In this document: in pieces, positions 13,885 to 28,870 of the stretch
How the letters are laid out: each line of letters opens with the position of its first letter
How positions within the stretch are numbered: position 1 is the stretch's first letter
NCBI RefSeq assembly: GCF_009914755.1
Contig: NC_060931.1
From: the human T2T-CHM13v2.0 reference genome, Homo sapiens
Length of the DNA stretch: 64,000 nt
Strand: one strand, 5' to 3'
Notes under the pieces: generated by a model
The model's database searches: none
What the model was told of the DNA's origin: nothing
The model's input: only the letters and a program-made list of their open reading frames with translations
Translations under genes and position numbers: made by a program

Positions 13885-16084
13885 TCACTCTTCTGATCTC
13901 TCTCAGTGGTACCCCTCCAAAGTCTTAAACCTTTATGACTTTTTCCTATTTCTTTTGTCATCTTCATGGATATGGGGAAGGAGGAGAGATAACCCTGTGT
14001 ATCTAGTCTGCCATCAATTTTTCCCAGACTTTTAGAATCCATAGACTTATACAACTTAAAAATGGGAATTGTCAGTTCTTTGGTTTGCTAAGTGAGGACA
14101 ATTAAGGAGGAAAACGTCCTACCATCCACTTTGACCATTATTTTATTCAAAAAGGAGAGAGGAGGTGCAGACGGGTGAGTGGTGTGAGGGGAGAGGACAT
14201 TTGAATATATCTACAGGAAAAGCAAGAGCACAATTTCCAAGCTAAGGATGGCCCATCAGAGGGACAGCTGCTAACCTTACACCAGTGTTTTCACTGAGAA
14301 GGATGAAAGCTTTGCCACCTGTCTCATGGCATCTCTCTATGGACTGGCATTTGGGAACCTCTGCCCCAGGAACCCACACTGTCCACTTCTCTTCCTGGAA
14401 TTGCCCCTCCCACCACGACAAGCACCCCCAGCCTTGGCTGCTAGGCATCCTTGAGCACTTTCACTACCAGGGAAAATTTGTGGTTGATACAGAAACCAGG
14501 TCAGACAGCGCCGAGGTTTAAAGTAGACCAGAGGAAGGCCAAAAGCCTTGTCCAGTGAGGGGATTCACACGGTACCACGCAGAGAGTTAGAATGAGGCCC
14601 CTCCATCTCCACTCCAACCATTCCTGCTGCCATCTGTGATCTTAACCCCGCTCTTAAGTCTAGGACGGCTACAATACTTCTACTGATCCCCACTGTCAGT
14701 CCATCCCACACTGCCCCTACAAGAATCTTGCTACCTTGACCCTTTTGCTCCATGCTGAAAGCCTTCACTGCCATCCCCTTTTCCCTCCCCCCACCACACA
14801 CCCCTTCTTAACCTTGACCCAAACTATTCTTGCAGACTGATCTTCCATAAGATGCTTTCTGGGGGAGTATTGCTTTTACTGCCCAGCATAATTTATATAC
14901 TTTACATTGTATAATTTAGCAATTCTTAGATGCCTGGCACCATTCCAAGCACTTTTCACATGCTTCATTATTACCTTCCCCTTCTTTTTGCAACAGACCC
15001 CAGAGGTGGTGTCATGACCCTCCCTCAGGCATCCGTGCTCTCTCTCCTGGGAACCTGCATGCTCAGAGACATACAGGGATAGAGGGGCCTGGGGCAGGGC
15101 CTGGAAGAGGAAGTTCATGAGCAGCTGCTGCTGGGAGTCCCCACAGCTTCCCTGCCCTGGCAGAGACCCCTGTGTTCTTCCAATAAATCCTCCTGGGACT
15201 GAAGCCACTGGTGCTATTGCTTATCATCCCCAAATCCCCAACTCACGGGTGTGCACTCCTGAGAACCTGCCCCCAGTCCTGCCTCCCATGGCCACTCCTT
15301 CTATCTTTAATGCCCTTACCTGACCACCACCCCCAATCTCATCCCAAGGCATGGTTCAGAGGCTGCCCGCTCTTTAAAGCTTCTCTGGGTACCTTAGCAG
15401 AAATTGGTCTCTCCCTTCTCTGATACTCCCAGCACTTTCTCACCTCCAGCCATAAGCACCCTCCTATTTCTTTGTGTACATGTCTTCCTTGCTTCCTGAG
15501 GTCAGGATACTGTTCTATACCTTTGATCACTCATTATTTCCTACTCATTGTAAGTGCTCAATAAATATCTGTTAAGAAATGAATGGGAAAAGAGTCTCTC
15601 CCAGGGAGCAAAATTCTTTTGAGGAGTTGTCTATGGCAAGACTTTCACTAAACAGAGCCATTCAAAGATGTAATGAATACAGGAAGCCTCCTATCACTGA
15701 GGCACTCACAAACAGGCTTGTTGGGAATGCCAGGCGGGTGACTGACATCTCAGATGGGGCCTGGGGAGGGCGAGGCAGGGGTGGTGGTGGGGGCTAGGAG
15801 TGGATGAAATCGCTTCTAACTATTTCATCTTGTGGAAAGCATCTGGGGCTTTGAAAGTCATATGGATGCAGGATCCCTAATATAACACTCACTTGACTCA
15901 CATAGCCTTTGTTTGAACACGTGGTCCAATCTCCTTTCTTGGTTTTCAGGTTTTCATTAAAGAGGAATGGTGCCAGGAATGGCACTGTCAGCCCTGACTC
16001 ATCCATCCTCCTGGACTTAATCAGGACTGACCTCCCAAAGGGATGAGGTTTAGGGTGGAACATTCTAGACAGTCATCAACTTAG

Positions 16085-16370
16085 AGCAGTATTTCCCAAA
16101 AAGCTGCTTCTCAGAGGTCTATTAGAAGTCTTGTAAGTAAATAAATAGAGGTTGAGTTTGAGTGGAGGGGTCTGCATGATCAAATAAGTTTAAGAAATGT
16201 TGCATATTATACTCCCCTCTTAGATGTTAGCAGTATACGCAGTATACATTTAGCAATAAAAGACTCTAAGAAACCTTGCAATGTAGAAATCTGTTTGATT
16301 TCATCCAACCCAGCATATTTTCCAGGCTGGTTTTGTCACAAGACACTTCTTTCGGAAGGCAGGTTTAAGA
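16085..16370. mobile_element. hAT-Charlie DNA element (MER103-like)
   Basis: cagtatttcccaaa...aaataagtttaagaaatgttgcatattatactcccctcttag...aaagactctaagaaaccttgcaatg; a related copy lies at ~37.75-38.0 kb. Confidence 0.5.
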
Positions 16371-16899
16371 AACAATAACCCTGACAAGTAATAATCAAGA
16401 AAGCCACAATTTAGGACTAGGGCTCAACACCTGAGTGTCCCAGGTCAGTGGGTTTAGCCTCTCAGGGCAGACAGAATGCCCATAAACATTTGTCCCTGAA
16501 ACACAATGATTTGGGGGATCATCCCAGCCCTGAATTGGGGCTGATGCAGGTTCACACCCTGTGCCTTGCATGATATCAGTAACTACCCTGGATAGCTTGG
16601 AAGCAGTCAGAAACCTACAATTAACCAGAGGGATGGCAGTGTGGAGGGAAACACAGAACGTCCTCTTTTCTACTTTTCTTTCATCTCTTTCCCCATTTCC
16701 ACTCTCATTTCTGGTTTCCTTTCACAACCTGTTACATATGTATCTGCTAGACATCCAGAAAGTTACTCCCGAAGAGTCTCCCTCTCCCCACCACCTCTCC
16801 AGATCAGCAGAAACATTAGGAGACCAAGAAAACATTACAAAGTCCTTGTTGATTAGGTTCGCATTATCTTATAACTTTCAGTAGAATTTTGGGTCCTTA

Positions 16900-17060
16900 T
16901 GGAAACTAACTTTAAGATGATCCAGTTTAACCTGCTTCCTCTCTGAGGTCCAGAGGGGTAACATGGCTTTCCCAAGGTCACACAACTAGTGAGTGCAAGA
17001 GCTAGACTCCAACTGAGGTCTCCTGTCTCCAAGAATGGTGTTATTTCTACTGCACTGCAG
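16900..17060 (-). mobile_element. MIR
   Basis: ttcccaaggtcacacaactagtgagtgcaagagct MIR core. Confidence 0.75.
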
Positions 17061-19159
17061 CAGTCTGTTCATTATGTAAATCCCCAGAGCATCAGCTTGA
17101 GTCCCCAAAAAAGATCAAATCATGATTTATGTCACTTCTAAGTTTACAGAGGATTACATTCAGAATTCTCTTCCCTGTGAGGTCAGAGCCATGCTTCCCA
17201 TCACAGACTGGGATGGTACCCAAGCCAGCACAGTTGTGCATGCAGAATGACAGCCTCCACATTTAGACAATGACTCATCCCTTCGAATATCGCTGGGCTT
17301 GGAATGACTTGAAAGAGAAGGAAGGAAGGATAGCGATGTTGAAATCTCAGTGGTGTGCTGATGGAGACACACTCCTGCGAATGAAAACCAAAAATGAATG
17401 CTTCTGTTCCCTCCCTCACTGGCTGATACTCAATTAAAACTTTGATACCAATAAAACTTTGAGAGCCAGGCATTGCTTTAATAAGGAAAAGACTGAGTTA
17501 TACATGCAGGAAAATGTCTACAAACATCCTAAACTTGATTGCTTTTTGGGTAATGCTAATTTGTGAAGATCAGTGAGAAATGCACGTGGGATGTAAAGAC
17601 AAGTTAGTGGTCCACACTGATGAACAGGACTTTGCTGTTGATGCCTGCTGCAAATGTGGGAAATAATCTCCAGTCACTGCCCTCCAAAAGCTAACAATTT
17701 AATGAGAAGCCAGAATGAACACTTGGCAGAAACACACAAGTATATGGTATTTAATTTAAAGAGAACATCATATTCTGGCGTTGGAGAAAAACATCAAGGA
17801 CGATCCAGGTGAGATGGAGTTAATCAAAGAGGACTTACTGAAGAGGTATGAGCTTTGTGCCACGAGATTTGGAAGGAAGGAAAGACCAGATGGCAAGAAG
17901 GCTAGGAAGCAGATGCCCAAAGCAGGTGAATGGCTTGTACATACGCCCAGAAGAGGAGAAATGGTGAATGCAGCAAATCCTCACATCAGGAAGATAAGGC
18001 TGTTTATATTTACATATTTCTGTACACTTCTCAAAGCAAGTTACCCCATTCTATGTGGACGATGACTTCAGGAAACAGGTAAGACAGGGATCAAGTTCAT
18101 TTTACAGAGGAAGAAACAGGTTTAATAAGATAAAGCTTGCCTTAGGGCTTATAGCCAGCAGGTGATAGAGCTAAATCTTGAACCTAGGTCTTTAGACTCC
18201 AAATATAGAGCATTTGGGGGTTCCCTTAACAATCCTCTTAATCATAAACAAAAACATAGACAAATTAATATCTTTTAAAATATCCCAATCAGGTGTAGGT
18301 ATGGGATGAGGGAATATGCTATATACTTTCCAAGTTGTAAATTACCTTGTTATTTATAAATAGTTATAAATTTGACCTGTTCAATTTGTTAGTCAAGAGT
18401 CATGGAAAATAAGTTAATGGAGTCAAGATCACAGTTTCAACATCTCAGGAAGAATGGTTGAGAACATAGCTGTAAGCTATTTATCTCTTAGCTCACTAAA
18501 GTACACCAATCTGCAAAAGTCTGAGGTAACAGGGTAGAAAATAGAGGCCTTGATATTAGAAAATGAATCTCTCAAATGCACAAACCCCCACAAATGGAAA
18601 AATATCTCCAAATATCTACTTAACAATGAAGTGCACAAAATCTTTACACATGTAAAAACTGGGATATTATTGTTAACTTGAAGTTAAACTGGGCTGGATA
18701 CTTAACTCTTTTCCCTCTTATAGCCTGAATTCAGAAACTTCCAGCTGGAATCCGGCCACGTCTTTGCACAAAATCATCCACTCTTAAAGACTGTCAGATT
18801 CAAAATTGCTTAACTTTCATCCCTAATTAAAAAGGCCAGAAGAATGCTTGGTAAATACTTTGGGTCTAATTAAGTCTGATTGCCTTGCAAAATGGAATCA
18901 GTGTACTCGGCTTCTTACATTTTGAAATTCCAAGGTTATTTATGCTCTCAATTTGCCACAAATGATAACCTCTGTATGTGGAATTCAGTGGTTCAAGAGC
19001 ACACGAACCGCAAGATCAACCAAATTCTCAGGTACTGTGAAAGAGGCTGTGCCTTCTGCCATCGCTTTATCTCTCTGCAACACTATGATCCTCTACCCTC
19101 ACACACACGAAGAGGTCTCGGGATCCCTTCTCTTCTCATTGACATTTTCTCCCTTGTCA

Positions 19160-19322
19160 ATGGTCCTCATACTTAGCTGTACATTAGAATCACTAGGGAG
19201 CTTTAAAAATACTCGTGGCTGGGTGCCACCCCCAGAGATATTGATTTCATTGATTTGGAGAATGGCCTGGTGTTGGAATGTTTTAAAGCTTTTAATAGGC
19301 AGCTAAGCTTGAGAATGACTGC
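19160..19322. mobile_element. MER5A DNA element
   Basis: cattagaatcactagggagctttaaaaatac...ccccagagatattgatt. Confidence 0.75.
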
Positions 19323-19329
19323 AATTCAG

Positions 19330-20460
19330 CGATCTTGTCCAGTGCCTAGGTTTTAAATCCATCCGCAGGCTATGATTCCCAAATTTAATCTTCTGTTTGA
19401 GCTCTCCCCTGAGTTCCAGAATTATTCATTCAAACTGCTTACTTGGCATGTTCACTGGGTATCTAAAATGCTTCACAAACTTCAGAAGTTGAAAATACAA
19501 CTCTTGATTTCTCCTGGCTTCCAACATGTTTCTCTTCCAGTGGCTCCCGCGGTAGTAAGTAGCTCAAACCAAAAACCCAGAAGCCATCCTTGACGCTTCC
19601 CTTTTCCTCATATTCCACAACAAATTCATGAGTAAAGTCTTGTTTGTTCTACAACTAAAGTAGATTTCATACTCATTATGGTAGGCAGCCCCAAATGGCC
19701 CCCAAAGAGCCCCGCTTCCTGATATCCATACCCTGTGTAGTCCCCTCCCACATTGTACAAGGGTTTGAACTGCATGACCAATAACATGTGGCCAAGTTGA
19801 CGGCATCTCACTTAGAGATTAGATTAAGAAAACATTGCTCACGTGGCAGGGAATGAAAGCCTCTGGCCAACAGCCAGCAAGGAACTGAGCCTTCCAACAA
19901 TCACACAAGTGAGCTCTGAAGTGAATTCTTCAGTCCACTTTAACCTTGAGATGGCTGCAGCCCCAGACAATGATTCAATTTAACGTCATAAGAGACAGTG
20001 ATTCAGAAACACCCAGTTAAGTTGCTCCTAGATTTTCAGTCCTCAGAAACTGTGAAATACAAGTGTTTATTGTTTTAAGCTGCTAAATTTGGGGGTAGTT
20101 ACACAACAACAGATAATGTACCCATCTACATTTTTGCATCTCATGATTACCATGCTACCTCAACCTGCCTCTTTTCTTATCTGCACTCCTGCAGTAGCCT
20201 TCTAACCTGTGTCCCTTTCCCATTTCTGCTCTTCAAGAATTTGTCATCCACATTTGTATTTTTTAAATAAAATTAGTTCACATCCCTCTCCTGTTTAATA
20301 CCCTTCAGTGGCTTCCCAGTTGACTCAAAATAAAAACCAGTGCCCCCCAAATAGTCTTTCACAATCTGATTCCAATCTATATCTCGAACTTATTCTCATT
20401 TCTCTTTTCCCATTTCTTACCATGATCCAGCTATATTGGCCCTTCATTTTATACCAAGAC
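19330..20460 (+). mobile_element. L2 interrupted by an MLT1 LTR
   Basis: L2 3'-region motifs (ctctcccctgagttccaga; cttcagtggcttcccagttgactcaaaataaaaacc). Confidence 0.7.
19678..20120 (+). mobile_element. MLT1 (MLT1F-like) LTR
   Basis: tggtaggcagccccaaatggccccc...tgttttaagctgctaaatttggggg...cagataa. Confidence 0.8.
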
Positions 20461-21763
20461 TCTTGATTTTCTTTATGGTTAGAGGGCTAGGAGAAAGAGG
20501 GAAATTCTAACAACAGGGAACAGGATCCTGGTAACACTGTTCACTACAAAAATGACTTTCAGCCACATCTCTGAATGTTTTCTTTGGGCTTGAAGGCAAA
20601 GTAGTGTGGTGTGGAATAAGAATAGGTGCTTTTGCTTCTGGCAAATGTTGAACTAAATGAGAAGAGAGCACCTTCCCAGTATAGAACATCAAAATACTGG
20701 CTAAACATAAAACATATTTTTAGATCATGGCTGAGTTAGCAGGAGAATAAGGAAAACAATCAGAGGAAATAAATATTAGGAAATAAAATTCAATGGGGAT
20801 AAGTAAGCCACAGAAGCATTTTCCTTTAGGAAATCCTTGGATTTCCTAATGGCCTAGAGACATATAAGACACATAAGAGACACACATGAGACTGGAGAAA
20901 AATCCTAGGACCCGAGTAGAATGGGACTTTTATTAGCAGGAATGCCCATGAAATGACACCTCAGTGGCACCACAAAAAAGGATTTTTCTGACTCAGCCTT
21001 GGCCCTTAGAGTAAGAAGGTGGCAGGGAGAAAAACATCTTACCTAATATTTCCTACCACAGGCTAATATTTATAAGGCTTCAAGGTTGGAATTCATACCA
21101 CCTGTGGGTCCAGAAGGTAAAAATTTAAAACTCCAAACAGTTTAAAGTGTTTCCAGATGAATAGTGCTCTAAGCATCTGGCAAAAACAACACAAATCCTC
21201 TCTGAAGGAATGAATCCTCAACTTAGACCTCTTGTAATTTTTACAAATAAAGAGCAAATCCCTACATGCATGGGAATACAAGCCAACGTGAATAAGAATC
21301 AGCAGAAACAATAAATTGCAGAATCAGACCCATAGAGCCTACAGGTATTGAATTGTCACATAAAGAATTTTAAATAAGTTTAATATAAAGAAATAAAAGG
21401 GAATTTATAATATTACAAAGGAGCAAGAGACTATCAAAGTCAAACCAAATAGTTTTAAAAACCAAATATAACTTACCTTAAAATGAAATCATAATAAATT
21501 AAATTCAAAACTCATTGGATGGGTCAAACAGCACATTAGACACAGCAAAATGTATCTGGCAAACTGTAAGATATAGCTGAAAAATTACCCAGAATGCACC
21601 AGGGAGAAAAAGGTGAAAAATATAAATAAGTGGTAAAAAGACAGGAAAGAATGAATGAGAAGATGCAACACAAGTATAATTGGGGTCCCAGAATATGCAA
21701 ATAGGAAAAGGAAGAAGAAATATTTGAAAAAATAATGGCTTTAAATTTTTCAGAGTTGACATC

Positions 21764-22111
21764 TGTATTAGACCGTTCTCACGCTGCTAAATAAAAACAT
21801 ATGCAGGACTGAGTAATTTATAAAGAAAAGAGGTTTAATTGACTCACAGTTCTACATGGCTGGGGAGGCCTTACAATCATGGTGGAAAGCAAAGACACAT
21901 CTTACATGGTAGAAGGCAAGAGTGAGTTTGTGCAGGAAAACTTCCACTTATAAAACCATCAGTTCTTGTGAGACTTATTCACTACCACGAGAACAGTATG
22001 GTGGAAACCACCCCCATGATTCAATTATCTCCACCTGGCCCCACCCTTGACATGTGGGGATTATTACAATTCAAGGTGAGATTTGGGTGGGGACACAGCC
22101 AAACCATATCA
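21764..22111 (-). mobile_element. THE1 (THE1B/C-like) solo LTR
   Basis: 348 bp, tgtattag...gggacacagccaaaccatatca. Confidence 0.9.
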
Positions 22112-22359
22112 ACACTGCTTCTCAGTTTCAGGGAATCCAACCAATTCCAAGCAAGACACATCATAATAAAATTGTAGAAAACCAAAGTCAAAAAGAAGAT
22201 CTTAGAAACAACCAGGGAGTTTTTTAAAAGAAGAGGGAAAAGCACTACTCAAGGAATGGAGATTACAAAGATTAGATGGACAGCTGACCTCCACAGCAAC
22301 AATGAAAGCTAAAAAGTAGTAGAATGGTATCTTCAAAATGCTAAGAGAAAATCACTGTT

Positions 22360-22689
<330 letters not shown>

Positions 22690-22999
22690 TTATTTTAAAT
22701 ATATGCATCGAAACTATAGTTCAAGAAAAAAGGAAAAATGCAGCTATTTTCAGACATACAAAAAGCTCATTACAACAGTCCTCCACTAAAGGAATGTCTG
22801 AACTAAAATATGTACCTTAGGAAGTGGAAAAATGATACTAGAAAAAGGTGAACTATAAGAATGACTATTAAGCAATAAAAAATAGTAAATGTGCGAAAAT
22901 AAAAATAAATATGACTATATAAAGTATAACATACATATCTGATTTGTGGAATTACAATCAAGCTGAGCATTGAAAAACAAAACAAAAATTGAAATCTTT

Positions 23000-23290
23000 T
23001 ACTAATGAAGTTTACTTTCTAGCTGGGGAAACTGACAATCATCAATTAAGGAAATTAAAAAAAGAAAAGAAGAAACAGATCATCTAAACAGTAACAAGTG
23101 CTACACAAATAATTTAAATAGGATGATGTGAGAGCCAAAGACTTGGGAGCCACATTGGGCTTGGTGATCAGGGAAGACTTTTCTGAGCAGGTGACATTCA
23201 AGCTGAGATCTGAATCACAGGAGGGAGCCAGCCACATAGTTGTGGAAAACAGCATTCCAGGCAGAGAGAAGAGTTATCACAAAAGCCCCC
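23000..23290 (-). mobile_element. L2 fragment
   Basis: gggaagacttttctgagcaggtgacattcaagctgagatctgaa...cattccaggcagagagaa. Confidence 0.75.
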
Positions 23291-23959
23291 TCTCTGTCAG
23301 AATCAACATCTCTGAGTTTCAGTTTCTTCAGCTATGAAATGAGGATAACAGTTTCCTCATACTGTAAAAACCAACTTGGATGAGCTTTTGTATGTGAATT
23401 ACTTTCAAATTTTTTAATTGTAATGTACATGGTAATGTTATGGAGGCAGCCTTGCTTTCATAGGAATATACTGTGGACCAGCCAGAGCAAGACTTAAGTT
23501 CTAGGTTTGACAATTCTTGTGTAAACATACTGAGATCCAGCATCCTCACTTGTTAAATGGGAATGACGCAGTTGTCATAAAGATTAAAGGGTGAACCATT
23601 CATACAGAGCCTGGAACTGTGCCTGGCACACAGTAGAGCTCATTAGGAATTAGTTTATTTCCCTTTCCTCTGCTAAAATATTATCTCTTCTGTAAAGATG
23701 TTAGCGACCGCCTCTATTTTCCATGCGCCGACTCCATCTAGAAGTTCTCTCTCTTCTCTGCTCTCCTACTGCACTTTACCTATAAGTCCCTCTCAATAAT
23801 TCCTTCCCCCACCCCCGTTTCTACCAGTGGTCTGTAAAAGTCATAAGTTCACAGACTTTATTCTAGCCATCTTTTATTCTCCATAGTAGGTAACCCAGTG
23901 TCTCACACAACATAGGTATTTAATAAAATGTTTAAATGAATGGGAGAATGAACACATGA

Positions 23960-24910
23960 ATTCAAGTTGGGATATCTCTACTACCAGGGAACCAACTATT
24001 CCACAAGGCAGCTAACTACATGGCTATAGTTGCTTAAAAGTTCTCTCTCATATTGAGTTGAAATCTGCCAATGGTAGATTTTACACTAATGGTCCCCAAT
24101 GAATCACATCTGTGGAATCCATACCCTTCTGTTGTCTGCAACCTTGACCCAGGGCTTGCCCATAAAAGTCACTGTAGCTAATGGGACAAACGTAATGCAA
24201 GCGGAGGCTTGATAAGTCCTGTTTTGGGGGCTTACACTCTTGGCTCACAGCCATCACCATTCAAGGAAGCCCAAATTTTCCTCCTGGAGGATGAAAGGCC
24301 TCATGGTTCAAGGGACTCAGCTGAGCCCAGAGCCTTGCCAATCACAATGGGAATATAGTCATGTCAGCCCAGGAAAAACAAAACCAGCAGAAGAACCACC
24401 TAGCCAACCCACGAAATTGTGAGAAATAATAAATTGTTGTTTTAAACCACTCCATTTCCAAGGTGGTTCGTTACCGAGAAATAGATAACTGAAACACTTC
24501 TCCCTTATCTTCTATACTTGATTTGTAAAAGCAAGTATGAGCCCTCTTCCATGTGACAAGCTTCAAATGGCTGAAGACAGATCTCTCCCTCCTGGGTCTT
24601 CTCCAAGCTGAACACCTTTCATTCTTCAATAGATTTTTACTATTGAAAAATTTCTCCAAAGGTGCTCTGGTTTACCCTTCTCTTTTACAAGCACAGGGCT
24701 CAGCATAGTAACATACTCATCATGTTCCAGCACGGTGACCCTTAGGGACACTGTAATTCCACTGCTCCAGATGCTCTGCTTCTTCCAGGAGCCCAAGCCA
24801 GGGTCCACGTGGCCTTTCTGACATCCTCATTGTGCAGTGGTTCATATTGCATGAAGGGCCATAAATCCAAGGCCTTTTCTCATGAACTGCGTGAAGTCAC
24901 ATCTTTCAAA
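23960..24910 (-). mobile_element. L3/CR1 fragment split by an MLT1 LTR
   Basis: aagttctctctcatattgagttgaaatctgcc ... cttctccaagctgaacacc ... cagggctcagcatagtaacatactc. Confidence 0.55.
24070..24496 (+). mobile_element. MLT1 (MLT1H-like) LTR
   Basis: gtgagaaataataaattgttgttttaaaccact...aatagataactgaaaca terminus. Confidence 0.75.
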
Positions 24911-24930
24911 TCCTGCACATAAAAACTTTA

Positions 24931-25305
<375 letters not shown>

Positions 25306-25339
25306 CTAAGCCAAAATTCTAAATATAGCAATGTTTTCT

Positions 25340-27055
25340 CCTAACTTTCCTGCTCACACTCTTCTAGCAAAATCTGTTCCTTCCAGCTGTTGCCACTTTT
25401 CCTCCATTGTCTCCTAGCCCACCATATTAGTCTCCTCAGTCTGCCATAAAAAGTACCACAGACTGGGTGGCTTAAACAGCAAACATTTATTGTCTCACAG
25501 TTCTGAAGGCTGCAAGTTCCAGGTCGAGGTGCCAGCACATTCAATTTCTGGTGAGGACTCTCTTCCCGGCTTGCAGACAGCCACCTTCTCTCTGTGTCTT
25601 CACATGGCCTTTCCTTCACATGCATAGGTGGCAGTGGGAGCAGCACGCAAAGCCCTCATCTCCAAATATCATCACGTGGAAATCAGGGCTTCAACCCATA
25701 AATTCTGGGGGATACAATTTTCAATCCATAATACCTACTATAATCAGCCTTTCAATTGGACCACTCAACTGAAACTGCCATCAATGACCTCCCATGATGA
25801 CATGAGAGAATGACAGAATGACAGAGTTGGTCATTCCCTCCTCCTGGGTCAAGGTTGCAGACAACAGAAGGGTATGGATTCCACAGATGTGATTCATTGG
25901 GGACCATTAGTGTAAAATCTACCATTGAGAGATTTCAACTCAATGTGAGAGAGAACTCCTGCTTTCTTTCATTGTCTTCAGAGGAAGCCCCCTCTCGGTT
26001 TCCTCCTGTTCCATTGGCCATTCCTTCCCACTCTTTGCTGGGTCCTTGGACTTCCTCCCTTCTTTACCTACCCCCACTCTCTAAAGTCATCTGAACAGCT
26101 TCCAACATGATTTCTCAAGTCCTAACTTCTCCCCAGAATTTCAGACTCATAGATCAAATTGCCTACTAAATATCCTCATAGCACAATGAATGGACTCATT
26201 TAAACCTATTTAAATAGAACTCTTGGTTTTCCACCACGCCCCCCCCAGACTACTCCCCATCTCAATAAATAACGGCTCTATTCCCAATGTTCCTGATTGC
26301 TTAGTCCAGAATTCTTAGAATCACTGACTCCCCTGTCCATTCCGTATCTGATTCTATAACAGATTCTTGCAACTCTACCTGCAAAGTATCACCAGAATCC
26401 TACTATTTTCACTATCTCTATCACTCAGCTAGTCTAAAACACCACAGTCCTAATCTAGATTATTAGAATAACTGCCTAACTGGTCTCTCAGCTTTTGCCC
26501 TTGACCCTCACTGTAGCCTCCTCTGCAGGTGGCAGCCAGAGTCATCACATGAGACACAGTCGATCACCCCTCTCAAAACCGGCCAGTGGCATCCTATGTC
26601 ACTCAGAGTAAAATCCCAAATCATGACCATGGCCAGAACGCTCTGCACGATCTAGCTTTAGCTGCCTCCCTGCCCTCACCTCCCATCATTCTTGCCCTCA
26701 CTCACTCCACCCCAGCCACACATGGCTTCCTTGCTGCTGCACAAATATTCCCAGCATACTCCTGTCTCAGAGACTTTGCATCTGCTGTTCTCACTGCCCG
26801 AAAACACCCATCTCCTGAATCTCAGTAGATGCTCCCCTTCATTTTATATAGGTGTCCTCTCACAGACCACCTTCTTGGAGAGGCCACCTTTCTGCAGTCA
26901 GGTTGGCTCTCCATAACACTTACCCCTCCGGACACATGGGTCTGTCTCCCCCACTAGCATACAAGCTTTCTATTTGTTTCCTTCCCTGCTGCATGCCCAG
27001 TGCTAGAACCAAGCCCAGCTCAGCCTAGGTGTTCAACATTAGTTGAATAAATAAG
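25340..27055 (+). mobile_element. L2 (long), interrupted by MLT1A and a templated insertion
   Basis: Collinear L2 motifs ending ggtgttcaacattagttgaataaata. Confidence 0.75.
25423..25733 (-). mobile_element. MLT1A-like LTR
   Basis: aagtaccacagactgggtggcttaaacagcaaacatttattgtctcacagttctgaaggctg. Confidence 0.85.
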
Positions 27056-28856
27056 TTCATTATCCCTCTTAGCCTTGGCCCATCTGCAAATTGATCATGC
27101 ATGTCAATGATATGTGTCCAAGAAACTGATGTTTTCATGTGGTCAAAAGATACAATCAAAAATAAACTCTGTGTTAGGAGCAGTGGTGAACACAGCCTTA
27201 GAGATAAATAATCCTAGGTGCAGACTGTGGAGCACCCTAAATGACCAGCCAGAATCTGAATTTTCTCCCCACAAAGACAACAGCCATTAAAGCTTTCTGT
27301 TTGTAAAATGATAGGAACTGTCTCATAAATAACTTTCATTGGGAACATTTTTAAAAAATATTACTTAGATCAATTTGGAAGCAACTTGACATTTTCTTTT
27401 TTCATTAATTGGCTTTGAGAACATGTTGACAAGTATGGTTCATTTTGAATGGTCCCAAGTAATTCTCTGGACCAGGGCCGGGACCACCAGGTCACTTGCA
27501 AACAAATGCACGTGGCTGTGAATAAATAGATTTATGCATCTGGGTCTTCTGACCACGTTTTATACCCATAGCACATGAATTTCTTATGTAACACCTGTGC
27601 ACAACTATATATAGCATACACAGAATCTTGTTTTCATATCTTACGTATAGGCTCTTGCCAGAACTTTCTTCCAAGCAAGGGAGTCTGAGAAAAAAAAGCC
27701 GAAGGAACAGAGTAGAAGAGGATGAACCAATCTGGCATCAGCTTGGCCACGCAAACACCAAACTGTGATGAACTCACATGTGTACAAATACCCTGGCCCA
27801 ACAGCTGCTTGCATTGACAGCTCCGTGGCAGCGGAGTGGCCGAGAGAATAGAAATCTTTTCAGCAGGAACAGGCTTGTGGTTGAAGAGTAAAGGGAGCAG
27901 TTGAGGCCATTCCGAGGATTTGTTCATGAATTTCAAGTGGATTACACTCCCCTCCAGCCATTGCAGACAGCAGCAGACAGGGTCTGCAAGGGGCTTCAGA
28001 GAAAAATGCAGAGAGCCCGCCCTGCACAGGAGACCTGCAGACCCCAGTGCTCAGGAACTGAAACCAAAATTGTTTCCTTACTGTAGCCAGGAAGTGTTGT
28101 TTACATGTAGTTTTTGCCTAATTAAATTGTACCTGTCTTTGCCTCTAATTTTCTTACCTCCTTTCCAAAGCATCAGCTAATCTTTTATCTCATGATTCAA
28201 TCTCACTCTCCCTCCCTTCTCTCCCTCTCTCCACACACTCTCTTTCTTCCCCCTCTTCCCTTCTCTCCACTCCCTCCCACTTTCCCTCTCTCTTCTTCAG
28301 CTCCCTGGTTTCTCTGGGTAAGTCCCACGCTGACCTCCCCTCCCCTCATTTATCCATAGCTTATGCCGGAGCACAGATCTCTCTGCCCACTCCAGCAATT
28401 TCTTCCTATGCTACTGATGCATAAACACATGACTTACCACGTAAACAGTTTCTACGGAGGCTAACCACTCTGTTGATGTGCAGGCTGCAACAGCTGAGAA
28501 ACCTTATGAATACTTACATACAAATAATGCACATCAGTGCTGACAAACACACAGGGGCCCAGAGGAAGGGAGCAGGTGGGCTTTAAGTTGGGCCTTGTAG
28601 ACAGACTGCGAGGCACAGAGAAGCTGTTTCTTGGCCGCGGCATGCTTGCATGAGCTATATGGGGTCTTGGCGCTGGGTCTCTCCTCTGGAAGCCGTAGTG
28701 AGGCTGGAGGCTATGGGAGGATTTCTGGGAATGCGCTCAGATCTCCATGTAACTCCCAATATTTGTTCCTGTTCCCCTCCCATCAGAAAAGACCTCTAGG
28801 AGCAGCACGAGGCCAAAGGGGACAGGCAATGGGTCTGGAGCCTGCACATTTCAGGG

Positions 28857-28870
28857 GTTGCCATAGCAAC
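28857..28870. promoter_or_regulatory. RFX X-box GTTGCCATAGCAAC
   Basis: 13/14 match to the palindromic consensus GTTGCCATGGCAAC. Confidence 0.55.
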